Positions 47,920-57,062 of a stretch of DNA of 64,000 nt are shown here, in pieces (the stretch's first letter is position 1; every line of letters begins with the position of its first letter). The notes under the pieces are model-generated. The model was not told where the DNA came from. It did not search any database and worked only from the letters and a program-made list of their open reading frames with translations. The stretch is from Candidatus Algichlamydia australiensis (lineage in GTDB: Bacteria; Chlamydiota; Chlamydiia; Chlamydiales; JAJFMI01). The DNA is taken from assembly GCA_033977065.1 (NCBI GenBank), contig JAXCHI010000003.1, forward strand, positions 512,001 to 576,000, given 5' to 3'. A program made the translations under genes and the position numbers.

Positions 47920-48368
47920 ATCTATCCAATTTGAAAAACAACCTAGGAACGCGTAAAAAACGCATGCGTGTAGGTCGCGGTACAGGTTGCAAAAAGGGTA
48001 AGACTTGCGGTAAAGGTACAAAAGGCCAAAAAGCAAGACAAGGTTATAAATCGCGCTATGGTAAAGAGGGTGGACAACTTCCCCTCTATCAAAAACTTCC
48101 TTGCCGTGGTTTTACACGCGGAAGATTTCGTAAAGAACACTTTGCCCTAAATCTTGATCGCATCGAAGAAAATTTCAACGATGGCGAGACAGTGAACTTT
48201 GAGACACTAATTGCAAAAGGTTTTGTCTCTAAAAAACTTCCTGGTGGACTAAAAATTATTGGGAATGGCGACCTTAAGAAAAAGGTTGTAATCGAAGCAA
48301 ACCGCTACTCAAAAAGTGCTGCTGAAAAGCTCGAGAAAGCGGGAATAGAGTATAAAACCTTAACATAA
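47916..48368 (+). CDS. rplO: 50S ribosomal protein L15
   Basis: RVGRGTG, KGQKAR, EGGQLPL. Confidence 0.98.
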   Translation: MNLSNLKNNLGTRKKRMRVGRGTGCKKGKTCGKGTKGQKARQGYKSRYGKEGGQLPLYQKLPCRGFTRGRFRKEHFALNLDRIEENFNDGETVNFETLIAKGFVSKKLPGGLKIIGNGDLKKKVVIEANRYSKSAAEKLEKAGIEYKTLT

Positions 48369-48378
48369 AGTGTGCTAG

Positions 48379-49755
48379 ATGGTTGGAGCAATTCGTAAGA
48401 TCTTCTCGGATCCGACATTAAAGGAAAAAATTGTATTTACATTACTCATGCTTCTTGTCTGTCGCATTGGTTCTTTTATACCAGTTCCTGGGATCAATGG
48501 AGATGAAGCGGTAAAAATATTTAAATACACCATTGGAGGAGGGCAGAACCTCTTTCAGCTAATGGATATATTTTCAGGCGGAGCCTTTGCCCAAATGAAG
48601 ATTATTGCGCTTGGTGTAACGCCCTACATCTCTGCATCGATCATCATGCAGCTTCTCGTTGCTTTGATGCCCTCGTTTCAAAGAGAGATGCGTGAAAATC
48701 AAGAAGCAGGCAAGCGTAAAATGGGAAAGTGGATTCGCATTATGACGCTCTTCCTCGCACTGTTTCAGTCTCTTCTTTTTGCTCGCTACGCGGTTTCTAT
48801 TAATAACTCAAGTCCTGGAATCATCGTTCCTGAAATTGCTTCGGTTACAGCATTTGGAGTGCCGTGGCTCTTCTTCCTTATTATGATGGTAACCATGACA
48901 ACAGGATCCCTATTTCTTATGTGGATAGGGGAGCAGATTACCGAGAGAGGAATTGGTAATGGAATTAGTATGATCATTACTATTGGTATTCTCTCTTCTC
49001 TACCAAGAACACTAGGGACTGTGATCCGCCAGTTGAACCTCGACTCTCAAGAGCCAGGTCAGCTCTCCTTTTCATCACTTCTTGTTCTCTTTGCTGTATT
49101 TGTGGGGATTATTGTAGGGACTATTCTGATTATCCAAGGTGTTCGAAAAATTCCTCTGCAATACGCAAGACGTGTTGTTGGTCGTCATGAAGTACAAGGT
49201 GGAAGTGCGCACATCCCATTAAAAGTAAACTATGCTGGTGTGATTCCTGTCATTTTTGCCTCATCCCTTCTTATGTTTCCTGGAACAATTGCGCAGTTTA
49301 TTGGAAAAGGAAACTGGTTAGGAAGAGTCGCATCGATGCTCACTCCCGGCAATATGGTCTATACATGTGCCTATGTTGCATTGATTATATTTTTTACTTA
49401 CTTTTGGACCGCAACGCAGTTCCAGCCAGATCAGATCGCTTCTGATATGAAAAAGAACGGAGCATTTATACCAGGTGTAAGGCAGGGAAAGCCGACAAGA
49501 GATTTTTTAGAAGGGACCATGAACCGCATCACACTTGTAGGAGCTCTCTTTCTAGCATTTATAGCTATATTACCAACCATTGTAGGTCGTGTTTTGGGGC
49601 TTGACGCCTCGATTAGCCACTTTTTTGGAGGGACCTCTCTCCTGATCTTGGTTGGGGTCATCTTAGATACTACTAAGCAGATTGAGTCTCAATTGCTTAC
49701 CAAACGCTATGATGGCTTTATGAAGAAGAAAAAAATCAGGGCAAAGAGTTTGTGA
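48379..49755 (+). CDS. secY: Preprotein translocase subunit SecY
   Basis: [46 protein letters not shown]. Confidence 0.99.
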   Translation: MVGAIRKIFSDPTLKEKIVFTLLMLLVCRIGSFIPVPGINGDEAVKIFKYTIGGGQNLFQLMDIFSGGAFAQMKIIALGVTPYISASIIMQLLVALMPSFQREMRENQEAGKRKMGKWIRIMTLFLALFQSLLFARYAVSINNSSPGIIVPEIASVTAFGVPWLFFLIMMVTMTTGSLFLMWIGEQITERGIGNGISMIITIGILSSLPRTLGTVIRQLNLDSQEPGQLSFSSLLVLFAVFVGIIVGTILIIQGVRKIPLQYARRVVGRHEVQGGSAHIPLKVNYAGVIPVIFASSLLMFPGTIAQFIGKGNWLGRVASMLTPGNMVYTCAYVALIIFFTYFWTATQFQPDQIASDMKKNGAFIPGVRQGKPTRDFLEGTMNRITLVGALFLAFIAILPTIVGRVLGLDASISHFFGGTSLLILVGVILDTTKQIESQLLTKRYDGFMKKKKIRAKSL

Positions 49756-49805
49756 AGAAAGCCCTAAGATGATAAAATAAGTCCAAAATTCAAAGGAAAT
49801 TAGAG

Positions 49806-50183
49806 ATGCCCAGAGTTATCGGAGTCGACATTCCAGGAAAGAAAAGATTAGTAATTAGCCTGCAGTACATTTATGGTCTTGGCCCTAAGCTTGCAGAAGA
49901 GGTAATTGCAAAATTAAAATTTGATCCCAATATGCATGCAGAAAAGCTGACAGAGGAGCAGATCTCTGCGCTAAACGCCATATTGCAGAATGACTACATT
50001 GTGGAAGGGAATAAGCGTCGCGAAGTGCGCGCCAATATTCAACGCCTTATTTCAATAAACGCCTATAGAGGTTTGCGCCATCGTTCCAAGTTACCAGTAC
50101 GTGGACAGAGAACGCGTTGCAATGCGAGAACGCGAAAAGGCAAAAAGAAAACAGTAGCTGGTAAGAAACAAGTTGGTAAGTAG
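49806..50183 (+). CDS. rpsM: 30S ribosomal protein S13
   Basis: YRGLRH, LPVRGQRTR, NARTRKG. Confidence 0.99.
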   Translation: MPRVIGVDIPGKKRLVISLQYIYGLGPKLAEEVIAKLKFDPNMHAEKLTEEQISALNAILQNDYIVEGNKRREVRANIQRLISINAYRGLRHRSKLPVRGQRTRCNARTRKGKKKTVAGKKQVGK

Positions 50184-50191
50184 GAATAGAC

Positions 50192-50629
50192 ATGGCTAAG
50201 CAAGAAAAAAAGAGTACAACTAAAGCCCCAATGAAAGGTGGTACCAAATCAACAGGACGTGTTCGCAAAAAACAGCAGAAGTCTGTCCCAGCGGGCGTTG
50301 TTCATGTAAAAGCAACCTTCAACAATACCATTGTAACGATAACAGATCTTTTAGGAAATGTCGTTGCTTGGGCTTCAGCAGGTAAATCAGGATTTTCAGG
50401 GTCGCGTAAATCATCAGGATTTGCTGCAACTGTCGCTGCGCAAAAAGCGTCAAAAGATGCGATGACTCATGGAATGAGAGAAGTAGAAATCAATATTAGC
50501 GGTTCTGGAGCGGGTAGAGAGTCAGCAGTAAAAGGCGTTCAAAGCGCAGGTCTTGCTGTTACCATGATACGTGATGTAACCCCAATTCCTCACAACGGAT
50601 GTCGCAGCAGAAAAAAGAGAAGAGTTTAG
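50192..50629 (+). CDS. rpsK: 30S ribosomal protein S11
   Basis: ATFNNTIVT, GRESA, DVTPIPHNGCR. Confidence 0.99.
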   Translation: MAKQEKKSTTKAPMKGGTKSTGRVRKKQQKSVPAGVVHVKATFNNTIVTITDLLGNVVAWASAGKSGFSGSRKSSGFAATVAAQKASKDAMTHGMREVEINISGSGAGRESAVKGVQSAGLAVTMIRDVTPIPHNGCRSRKKRRV

Positions 50630-50639
50630 GAGTTTGAAG

Positions 50640-51743
50640 ATGACAGTTAAGTATGGCAAATTTGAACTGCCGACAAAAATTAAGAAAGAGAAAGAGACAA
50701 ATACCTACGGGAAGTTTATTGCTGAGCCCTTTGAAAGAGGTTATGGTCACACTATTGGCAATGGCTTGAGAAGAATTCTTCTTACATCTCTTGAAGCGCC
50801 TGCGATCGTCTCCATCAAAATTGAGGGAGTTTCGCACGGATTTATGGCGATTGAGGGAGTTGTTGAAGACATGACCCATATCATTCTCAACTTCAAAGAG
50901 GTTCTTTTAAAGAAGCATGCGCAGTCTGATATGAACCGTGAACCTACACCCGTCTCAAAAACCATTGACGTTACTGATGAGATGATCGAGAAGTCAAATG
51001 GTGGCTATGAAGTCACTGTAAAAGACATCTTTTCTGACGATCGCTATGAGCTGGTTAATCCAGATCACAAACTGTTTACTGTAACAAAACCGATGACTAA
51101 AAGAATCGACTTAAAAGTAGCAATTAGTCGCGGTTACACTCCATCAGAGAGACAAGATATTCCTGGAAAAGTTGTAGATGAAATTGTACTTGATGCGATT
51201 TTCTCGCCCGTGCGACTTGTAAACTATCACGTTGAAAACACACGTGTTTTAGGGGATGTTGATTTTGATCGCCTGATTCTTGAAATCACAACAGATGGAA
51301 GAATCACACCACAGGAAGCTCTCTCATTTGCAACCCAAATTGGAATTCACCATTTTGAGTGCTTTCAGAACCTAAAGTACCAAACCATTTCATTTGAGGA
51401 AGAAGCTGGAAGACGCGATAGTGACCGTGAGGAACTACTCTCAAAACTCTCCCTTAAGATTAATGAAATCGAGCTCTCAGTTCGTTCTACAAACTGCCTA
51501 TCTCAAGCAAATATTGAGACAATTGGCGAACTTGTTGTAATGCCTGAGATGGACATGTTGAAATTCCGTAACTTTGGTAAGAAGTCTCTTCATGAGATTA
51601 AAGATAAACTTGAAGAGATGGGCCTCTACCTTGGTATGGACCTCTCTAAGTTTGACATTACACAAGAGAACGTGGCGGAAATCATCGCAGAGTATAGAAA
51701 AAATAATGGCGCGAGTGCAGCTGCCGAAACAAACCCAGAGTAG
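50640..51743 (+). CDS. rpoA: RNA polymerase alpha subunit
   Basis: EPFERGYGHTIGNGLRRILL, DAIFSPV, ELSVRSTNCL, NFGKKSL. Confidence 0.99.
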   Translation: MTVKYGKFELPTKIKKEKETNTYGKFIAEPFERGYGHTIGNGLRRILLTSLEAPAIVSIKIEGVSHGFMAIEGVVEDMTHIILNFKEVLLKKHAQSDMNREPTPVSKTIDVTDEMIEKSNGGYEVTVKDIFSDDRYELVNPDHKLFTVTKPMTKRIDLKVAISRGYTPSERQDIPGKVVDEIVLDAIFSPVRLVNYHVENTRVLGDVDFDRLILEITTDGRITPQEALSFATQIGIHHFECFQNLKYQTISFEEEAGRRDSDREELLSKLSLKINEIELSVRSTNCLSQANIETIGELVVMPEMDMLKFRNFGKKSLHEIKDKLEEMGLYLGMDLSKFDITQENVAEIIAEYRKNNGASAAAETNPE

Positions 51744-51749
51744 AAGAAT

Positions 51750-52169
51750 ATGAGACACGGAAAACATACCTTTAAAATTGGCAGAACCTCTTCTCACAGA
51801 CGCTGCATGATGGCGAACATGATGAAATCTCTTATCCTTCATGGTCGCATTGAAACAACAGTGCGCAAAGGAAAAGAGCTAAAGCGTGAAGCAGATAAAC
51901 TCATCACAACAGCAAAAAAAGGTGGGCTAACAGCTACACGCCGTGCTGCTGCTGAGCTGATGGTCTCCTACAACAAGCTAACCGCAAAAGAAGCACGTAG
52001 TGCAAAGAATGGCAATACAGCTGCTTACAATGGTGATCGTCAGGTTATTGGCAAGCTCTTTGAAGCAAGTGAGCGCAACAAAGAGAGAAACGGAGGCTAC
52101 ACACGTCTAATCCGTCTCACAAATCGCGTTGGTGATAATGCTGAGCGATGCCTTGTTGAACTTGTTTAG
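51750..52169 (+). CDS. rplQ: 50S ribosomal protein L17
   Basis: MRHG, GRTSSHR, RIETT, RNGGYTR, RVGDNA. Confidence 0.99.
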   Translation: MRHGKHTFKIGRTSSHRRCMMANMMKSLILHGRIETTVRKGKELKREADKLITTAKKGGLTATRRAAAELMVSYNKLTAKEARSAKNGNTAAYNGDRQVIGKLFEASERNKERNGGYTRLIRLTNRVGDNAERCLVELV

Positions 52170-52252
52170 AGGACGTATTCGAATTAAAGTTCTGTCGGTT
52201 TTTCGATTCTTTTGAGCCGAAACCTCGACGAAATTTCATTTGAAGGTACTCT
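52168..52252. repeat. Imperfect ~85-nt hairpin between rplQ and gap
   Basis: Nested pairs TTCGAAT/ATTTGAA, GTCG/CGAC, TTTCG/CGAAA around a TTTT loop. Confidence 0.5.
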
Positions 52253-52323
52253 CTTAAACTCATTGCATTTCTTATGTCCTCTTGATACGATCAGAATACG
52301 GATCACTATCAAGAGGATTTTTT

Positions 52324-53331
52324 ATGAAGCCACGCGTTGCTATCAATGGTTTTGGCCGAATCGGCCGCTCAATCTTAAGACTCGCAGCCAATTCAGGGGC
52401 TTTTGAGGTCGTAGCAATTAATGACCTTGTTCCTCCTGATAATCTTGCCTATCTGCTCAAATATGACTCTACACATGGCCGTTTTGGAAAAAAAGTTGAT
52501 CATAAGACTGACTCAATCATTATTGAAGGTCATGAAATTAAAGTTTGCGCTGAGACCGATCCTGCAAAACTCCCTTGGAAAAAATTGAACATCGACTACG
52601 TCATCGAAGCAACAGGGCGCTTCACACAACTTGAAGATGCCCATAAACACATCGAAGCGGGAGCCAAACGTGTTGTTATTTCAGCTCCAGGAAAAGGGGG
52701 AGTCCCTACTTATGTAATGGGAGTTAACCACGAAAAATACGATCCCAACAAAGAGTTTGTTGTTTGCAACGCCTCTTGTACAACTAACTGCCTCGCCCCC
52801 CTAACTAAAATACTCCTGGATAACTTTGGCATTGAAGAGGGGCTTATGACAACCGTACACAGTGTTACCGCCTCTCAGCCTACTGTTGACTGTCCATCAA
52901 AAAAAGACTTTAGAGGCGGCCGCGCGGCCAGCCTCAATATCATCCCTGCCTCAACAGGAGCAGCTAAGGCAGTAGCTCTCTGTATTCCTGAAATTCAGGG
53001 CAAACTTACAGGAATGGCTTTTCGTGTACCTACAGCTGACGTGTCTGCCGTTGATCTGACAGTAAAGCTGACGAAATCAACAGATTATGATACAATATGT
53101 CATGTGGTTAAAGAGGCCTCAATGACCACAATGAAGGGGATTATGGGCTATACAGAAGACCAAGTGGTCTCTACAGATTTCCTCGGTTCTACCTACTCGT
53201 CCATCTTTGACAAAGGAGCGGGAATCGCCCTCAATCCCAACTTTTTTAAACTAATTTCTTGGTATGACAATGAAATTGGCTACTCGCAAAGAGTGATTGA
53301 TTTGATCCTCTACATGGCCTCTGTGGAGTAG
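52324..53331 (+). CDS. gap: Glyceraldehyde-3-phosphate dehydrogenase
   Basis: [37 protein letters not shown]. Confidence 0.99.
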   Translation: MKPRVAINGFGRIGRSILRLAANSGAFEVVAINDLVPPDNLAYLLKYDSTHGRFGKKVDHKTDSIIIEGHEIKVCAETDPAKLPWKKLNIDYVIEATGRFTQLEDAHKHIEAGAKRVVISAPGKGGVPTYVMGVNHEKYDPNKEFVVCNASCTTNCLAPLTKILLDNFGIEEGLMTTVHSVTASQPTVDCPSKKDFRGGRAASLNIIPASTGAAKAVALCIPEIQGKLTGMAFRVPTADVSAVDLTVKLTKSTDYDTICHVVKEASMTTMKGIMGYTEDQVVSTDFLGSTYSSIFDKGAGIALNPNFFKLISWYDNEIGYSQRVIDLILYMASVE

Positions 53332-53405
53332 CACTAACAACAGGAGAGGTCTAAGCAATTGCTCTTTTCGATCTAAATTGTTTAGAAACTCCAAGGGAGA
53401 GATCC

Positions 53406-54053
53406 GTGAATTTTACACGAGAACCAATGATTGAAACGATCATCACACCGCGTGATGGATTTAAGCTCATACTTCGCGCGAATCGCGGAGATAAGGAATT
53501 TAACGTAGATGCAGTTGAAGTGGTAAACTTTGGTAATGCGCTCTTTTTTCGCTCAACAGAGCGTCCAAAATCTTTCCTGCTACCAGTAGCAGAATATGAA
53601 GTTGTGGAGACACGAGAAACACGTGTTGTTCTTAAAAACGCTTCTGTTGACAAATCGGTAAAAATTGCCGGTGGTAAAGAGGCAAAAGAAGAGAAAGAGC
53701 CTGCGCCAAAAGAGGCGAAAAAACGCGAGCGTCGTCGCACGCGCCGCCGTCGTGGATCTGCAACAGAAGAGACAGCAGAAGGTGAAGCTGCGCCCACAAA
53801 AGTCTTTACAGGACTTATCCCTCCGCCATCCAATCTCATTTCTGAAGAGGAAAAACCGAAAGAGCCTGATCTTTTCAAAGATCAGTTAGGTGAAGGGGAG
53901 ACTAAGAAAGAGGAGCAGCCTAAAAAGGAAGCAAAACCGGATGAACTCACTCCTGAAAAGGAGCAAGGTCAGCCACCGCTACCACCTTTCGACCATTCGG
54001 ATAAAGCAATACCTGTCATTGCACCGCCGCCAATGCCAAATGAAGAGGAGTAA
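53406..54053 (+). CDS. grgA: Chlamydial transcription factor GrgA (CT504) homolog
   Basis: FTREPMIETIITPRDGFKL...VEVVNFG...FFR...FLLPVAEYEV; basic RRRTRRRR tract; follows gap as in Chlamydia. Confidence 0.8.
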   Translation: MNFTREPMIETIITPRDGFKLILRANRGDKEFNVDAVEVVNFGNALFFRSTERPKSFLLPVAEYEVVETRETRVVLKNASVDKSVKIAGGKEAKEEKEPAPKEAKKRERRRTRRRRGSATEETAEGEAAPTKVFTGLIPPPSNLISEEEKPKEPDLFKDQLGEGETKKEEQPKKEAKPDELTPEKEQGQPPLPPFDHSDKAIPVIAPPPMPNEEE

Positions 54054-54059
54054 AAATCC

Positions 54060-54088
54060 TTGAAACACAAACTCTGAAGGATTATAAT
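54060..54088 (+). promoter_or_regulatory. tRNA-Leu promoter
   Basis: TTGAAA-17 nt-TATAAT. Confidence 0.75.
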
Positions 54089-54110
54089 TACCCCTTCAGA
54101 GTCTCCATCT

Positions 54111-54195
54111 GCTCGGATGGTGGAATTGGTAGACACAAGGGACTTAAAATCCCTTGACCTTTTAGGTCGTGCGGGTTCAAGTCCCGCTCCGAGTA
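54111..54195 (+). tRNA. tRNA-Leu (anticodon TAA), CCA not encoded
   Basis: Acceptor GCTCGGA/TCCGAGT, anticodon arm AGGGA-CTTAAAA-TCCCT, long variable arm, T arm GCGGG-TTCAAGT-CCCGC. Confidence 0.97.
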
Positions 54196-54336
54196 ACTTG
54201 TTGATTGGGATCTTTTTCCTTCTAGCACTTTATCTGCTAGACTCTCATCGCTCGGAAAGGTTAGTTTAACCTTCCCTTCGCTCCTCGAGCTACCATCTAA
54301 AGTACTAGAAGAAAAAATCTCTCCAATCCCCAAGTT
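54195..54336. repeat. Long imperfect palindromic element directly 3' of tRNA-Leu
   Basis: AACTTG/CAAGTT, GATTGG/CCAATC, TTCTAG/CTAGAA, ACTTTA/TAAAGT, AAGGTTA/TAACCTT. Confidence 0.75.
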
Positions 54337-54488
54337 CCTCGCAGCGGGGCTCCGAGTAATTTCGAACGTTAGTAAGAAATAGCAAGAATTAATGCCCATC
54401 TTTGCTTTTGCCTCGCTCGAAAAGACTAATTAAACCTTTCCTTTGAGTAAATTTTGGACTCAGATGTGGGAAACGCGCGTAATTTTTA

Positions 54489-55727
54489 TCACTCTCTTTT
54501 CGCTACGATTGTAATTGAACCGATCCCAACAAGGCTTGGGCCATTAAAAGCGCCTATAAAATAAGTATTGACCTCTCCCTTTCTTTTATTGTGATCTATA
54601 AATACCCGAGGGCCTCCTGCATTAACAACACCAATAAGGTGAGTTAAATTCTCATCCAAAAAAATTCTGTACTCTTTTACATTAGCTCCATCTGGTGGAG
54701 ACCAAGTGATGCGATTGTATAGCTCTGTTTGGGTAAGAAAAATGTTCATTTTACTGCTTCCTAAAATATCCATTGTGAGCGAAGGAGTGACAGCAACTCC
54801 AACCGGCTGAGATCCAACAGGAATACTTCCAATCACTGTGTCTGTGTTTGCATCAATAATAGAGACATTATTGCTAAAACGATTGGCAACATAAGCCTTT
54901 TCTCCATCTGGCGTAAATGCGATTCCATTAGGATTATTTCCTACCTCAATAGTTCCAGTTACAGTGTCTGTAGCGACATCAATGATGTAGATTTCATCAG
55001 TTGGTGCATTGCCTTGTGTACCGACATATAATTTGGTTCCGTCAGGTGATATTGCCATGCTAATTGGTTGATCTCCTACTGGAATAGTATCAATGACTGT
55101 ATCTGTTGCAGTTGCAATCACAGAAACATTATCGCTATTTAAATTTGCGACATACACTTTAGTGCCATCAGGAGTCACAACATCAGTTTCAGCAGGGTTA
55201 TTGCCGACTTGAATGGCTGTCAGTACAGTATTGGATGGAATGTCAATCACAGAAACATTATTCGTAGAAAAATTTGTCACATAAGCTTTTTTTCCATTAG
55301 GTGTAATTGCAATGTCTACAGGGAATGCACCGACAGCGATAGTTCCTGTTTCAATGCCACTTGATACATCAACAACTGAAACTGTGCTATCAAATGCATT
55401 TGTGACATAAGAGGTAATTCCATTTGGGGTAAATGCGCTATTCACTGGAAAATTTCCAACAGAGATCGTATTAATCACTGTATCTGTTCCTGTATCGATT
55501 ACACTGATGTTATCTGTTCCTTCATTCATAACATAAGCAATTGTACCATCAGGTGAAACCTCGACTCCTGTTGGTAAAGAGCCGACTGCGATCGTGTTAA
55601 TAACAGTATCTGTTGATTCATCAATGACAGAAACGCTTGCTCCACTTTGATTTGTGACATAAACTTTGAGCTCTCCAATCAAAGGAATGCAGATACAAGA
55701 GAGGCAAATAACAACCCATTGAAACAT
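54489..55727 (-). CDS. Secreted YVTN/YncE beta-propeller protein with a C-terminal FN3-like domain
   Basis: Signal-like N-terminus; seven ~42-aa repeats (YVTN..SNNVSVID..TDTVI.TIPVG..P); distinct ~95-aa C-terminal domain. Confidence 0.9.
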   Translation of the reverse strand: MFQWVVICLSCICIPLIGELKVYVTNQSGASVSVIDESTDTVINTIAVGSLPTGVEVSPDGTIAYVMNEGTDNISVIDTGTDTVINTISVGNFPVNSAFTPNGITSYVTNAFDSTVSVVDVSSGIETGTIAVGAFPVDIAITPNGKKAYVTNFSTNNVSVIDIPSNTVLTAIQVGNNPAETDVVTPDGTKVYVANLNSDNVSVIATATDTVIDTIPVGDQPISMAISPDGTKLYVGTQGNAPTDEIYIIDVATDTVTGTIEVGNNPNGIAFTPDGEKAYVANRFSNNVSIIDANTDTVIGSIPVGSQPVGVAVTPSLTMDILGSSKMNIFLTQTELYNRITWSPPDGANVKEYRIFLDENLTHLIGVVNAGGPRVFIDHNKRKGEVNTYFIGAFNGPSLVGIGSITIVAKRE

Positions 55728-56023
55728 ATATTTTCTCCTCTTTTGTTGTAATTAGCATTGCAAAACTAATTCAAATTAAAAATCGAAAAAGTTGGCTTTA
55801 ATTACCAAAATTACAGCAAAAACAAAAAATGAATAACTAACTCAAGTCACTACCCAATTTCTTCTATGGAGAGAGGAGGGAAAAACGTAATGACTTGAGT
55901 TAACTATCCGAATAGTACAAGAACAAAGAAGAATCAACAACATATTTCAATCAGACACTCTCTAAAATCGTTCATGCAAATGAAAATATTGGATAAAAAT
56001 ATTTCTGGTGTTACTACTAGGTA

Positions 56024-56632
56024 ATGATTAAGAAAAATATTTTAATATGGAATTTCAAAACTGTGATGTTTTTTCTAATCACTGTTTTTGGCTTCTGTCA
56101 ATGTCAAGCTATCGAAGTTTTATCAGAGGTCAGAGCCGCTTACTATTACCCTACAGACTCTCGGTTTCGCGATATCTACTCAAATGCAGGTCTTTATAGT
56201 TTTGAAACCAGTGTCCAAACTTATAAAAAACTCTACTCGTGGACCAGTATAGGCTTCCTGTATACTTCTGGAAATTCATTAGGTGAAGAGGATAGTACAG
56301 AACTATATATGGTGCCAATAGGACTTGGGTTAAAGTACTTCTTCCATTATCGACGCGTTAAACCCTATCTAGGTGGAGGACTTTTGACCAGTTATGTACA
56401 TATTCATAATGATTCCGCCTATGTCGAGCGCAATCAGTCTGATTGGGTTATTGGAGGAATTGTCAAGACGGGTTTGCTCGCTGATCTTTCAGAGGCTGTA
56501 TTTTTAGATTTTTTCATGGACTATACCTATTTGAGCAAAAATTTCGATAGCTCAAGTCATCGATATGTTATCACGCGTAAAGGGAATCTGAGTGGACTCT
56601 CTTTTGGTGCTGGTCTGGGATATCGCTTCTAA
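56024..56632 (+). CDS. Outer-membrane beta-barrel protein (OmpW/OMP_b-brl-like; start may be ATG 56066)
   Basis: Signal peptide, alternating aromatic strands, KPYLGGG, C-terminal GLGYRF. Confidence 0.85.
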   Translation: MIKKNILIWNFKTVMFFLITVFGFCQCQAIEVLSEVRAAYYYPTDSRFRDIYSNAGLYSFETSVQTYKKLYSWTSIGFLYTSGNSLGEEDSTELYMVPIGLGLKYFFHYRRVKPYLGGGLLTSYVHIHNDSAYVERNQSDWVIGGIVKTGLLADLSEAVFLDFFMDYTYLSKNFDSSSHRYVITRKGNLSGLSFGAGLGYRF

Positions 56633-56896
56633 TCGACGAATCAATCGCGATGATTTTTCGCAGAAGTTCTGAAGAAACCGGGCTTTTCCAAAAAGCGCAA
56701 GAAATGGGCTAAAATAGGTTCTTCGAAATTGATCGCTTATTTTGTCTCCAATTTTTTCATCTTTAAAAATACAAATGAAATATTTAGACAATCTTTTCGA
56801 TCAATGCTGATGGAGAAAACTTTTTCTGTTACTATATCCCCATATGAATGCGCATTCGCGTATATTAGATAGCGTCGTCAAAAGCATAGAACCATC

Positions 56897-56999
56897 TTAT
56901 TTTTCATGTTTGGGCTCCATTTTTGTGCTCAAATGAAGCGGAATTTACAAATTCAGCTTCAATTTCCGCACAAAAATAAGCTGCAAACATGAAAAATAA
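56897..56999. repeat. Palindromic element
   Basis: Perfect 16-bp TTATTTTTCATGTTTG/CAAACATGAAAAATAA; inner ATTTTTGTGC/GCACAAAAAT and TGAAGC/GCTTCA. Confidence 0.8.
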
Positions 57000-57062
57000 T
57001 CTGATTATAGCCTTTTGACGACACTATCTAGTTGGAATTGTTCTGTAGCTTTAAAGGGAAGC

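Noticed and set aside
40159..53889. Numerous antisense and alternative-frame ORFs over ribosomal, gap and grgA genes (e.g. 53351..53878)
   Set aside because: Fully overlap well-supported conserved genes; no independent motifs
54088..54399. 103-aa minus-strand ORF
   Set aside because: Antisense to tRNA-Leu and the adjacent palindrome
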